Assembly (NCBI GenBank): GCA_963640485.1
Contig: CAVHZP010000001.1
Coordinates: 1 to 49,296, forward strand
Reading direction: 5' to 3'
DNA from: a bacterium
GTDB lineage: Bacteria > Bacillota > Negativicutes > Veillonellales > Dialisteraceae
DNA: 49,296 nt
Both the position numbers and the translations under genes were made by a program. The notes under the pieces were generated by a model. The model was not told where the DNA came from. It searched no databases and saw nothing but the letters and a program-made list of their open reading frames with translations. How positions within the stretch are numbered: the stretch's first letter is position 1; every line of letters starts with the position of its first letter. Positions 49,032 through 49,296 of this stretch are shown piece after piece.

Positions 49032-49296
49032 GTGAAGAAAACAAAAGCCAATACACCGAGGTTCACGAAGAGCCTCGGGTCATGTCCGACGAGGACGTGA
49101 AGGACTACCATGGCCTCACCCTGAATGAAAGGGGAGAGGAGGACCGCTCTTCTTATGAGGAACAGTCTTCGGGAGTCCATGTGAAGTTTGTGAATCTAAA
49201 CGAAATCCCCTGGTGGAAGAAAGCCCTGTGGATCGCCGCCGGCGTCCTCTTCCTGGGCCTCGCGGCGGTGGCCGCCTGGTTCTTCTTCCTGTGGGG
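49028..49296 (+). CDS. Hypothetical membrane protein, truncated by the window end
   Basis: ATG overlaps the gatB stop (ATGA); [34 protein letters not shown]...[30 protein letters not shown] stays open to the end. Confidence 0.75.
   Translation, partial: MSEENKSQYTEVHEEPRVMSDEDVKDYHGLTLNERGEEDRSSYEEQSSGVHVKFVNLNEIPWWKKALWIAAGVLFLGLAAVAAWFFFLW

Overview
Chromosomal segment of a diderm Firmicute. The combination of Firmicute-type genes (bofA, degV/DAK2, csaB, gatCAB) with LPS-heptose genes and a TonB-dependent receptor points to Negativicutes, probably Dialister/Veillonellaceae-like (inference). Most of the window is housekeeping. 1-22 kb: ftsQ-ftsZ, nrdR-gmhA-gmhB-heptosyltransferase-TrmH, thrR-hom-thrB, hpf-secA-prfB (with a +1 programmed frameshift), DUF5693-like/csaB, split transketolase, ftsEX-M23-ctpA. 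22-30 kb: queF, ppx, an orphan cydB-like gene, and SRP RNA-dnaX-ybaB-recR-bofA. 40-49 kb: fakB-fakA, argR-recN, gatCAB. Two things stand out. (1) From 21.9 to 45.8 kb most larger intergenic spaces carry a modular foldback repeat: inverted arms built from tandem 7-mers between a conserved outer terminus (CCGCTRKYGGTTTAG) and a conserved inner core (GGRCGCRTTTG). The 7-mer unit is exchangeable (TAGTCRG/TAATCAG, GGGATAA, TAGCTGC, TCTGATA, GAACCYY), a REP-like module is nested in some copies, and no transposase is present in the window. (2) An accessory 9.5-kb cassette holds a MerR-family regulator with a textbook 19-bp-spacer promoter, upstream of a SAM methyltransferase, a TonB-dependent receptor and a Ni/peptide-type ABC importer. 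All calls come from reading the sequence and recalling motifs; no database search was run.
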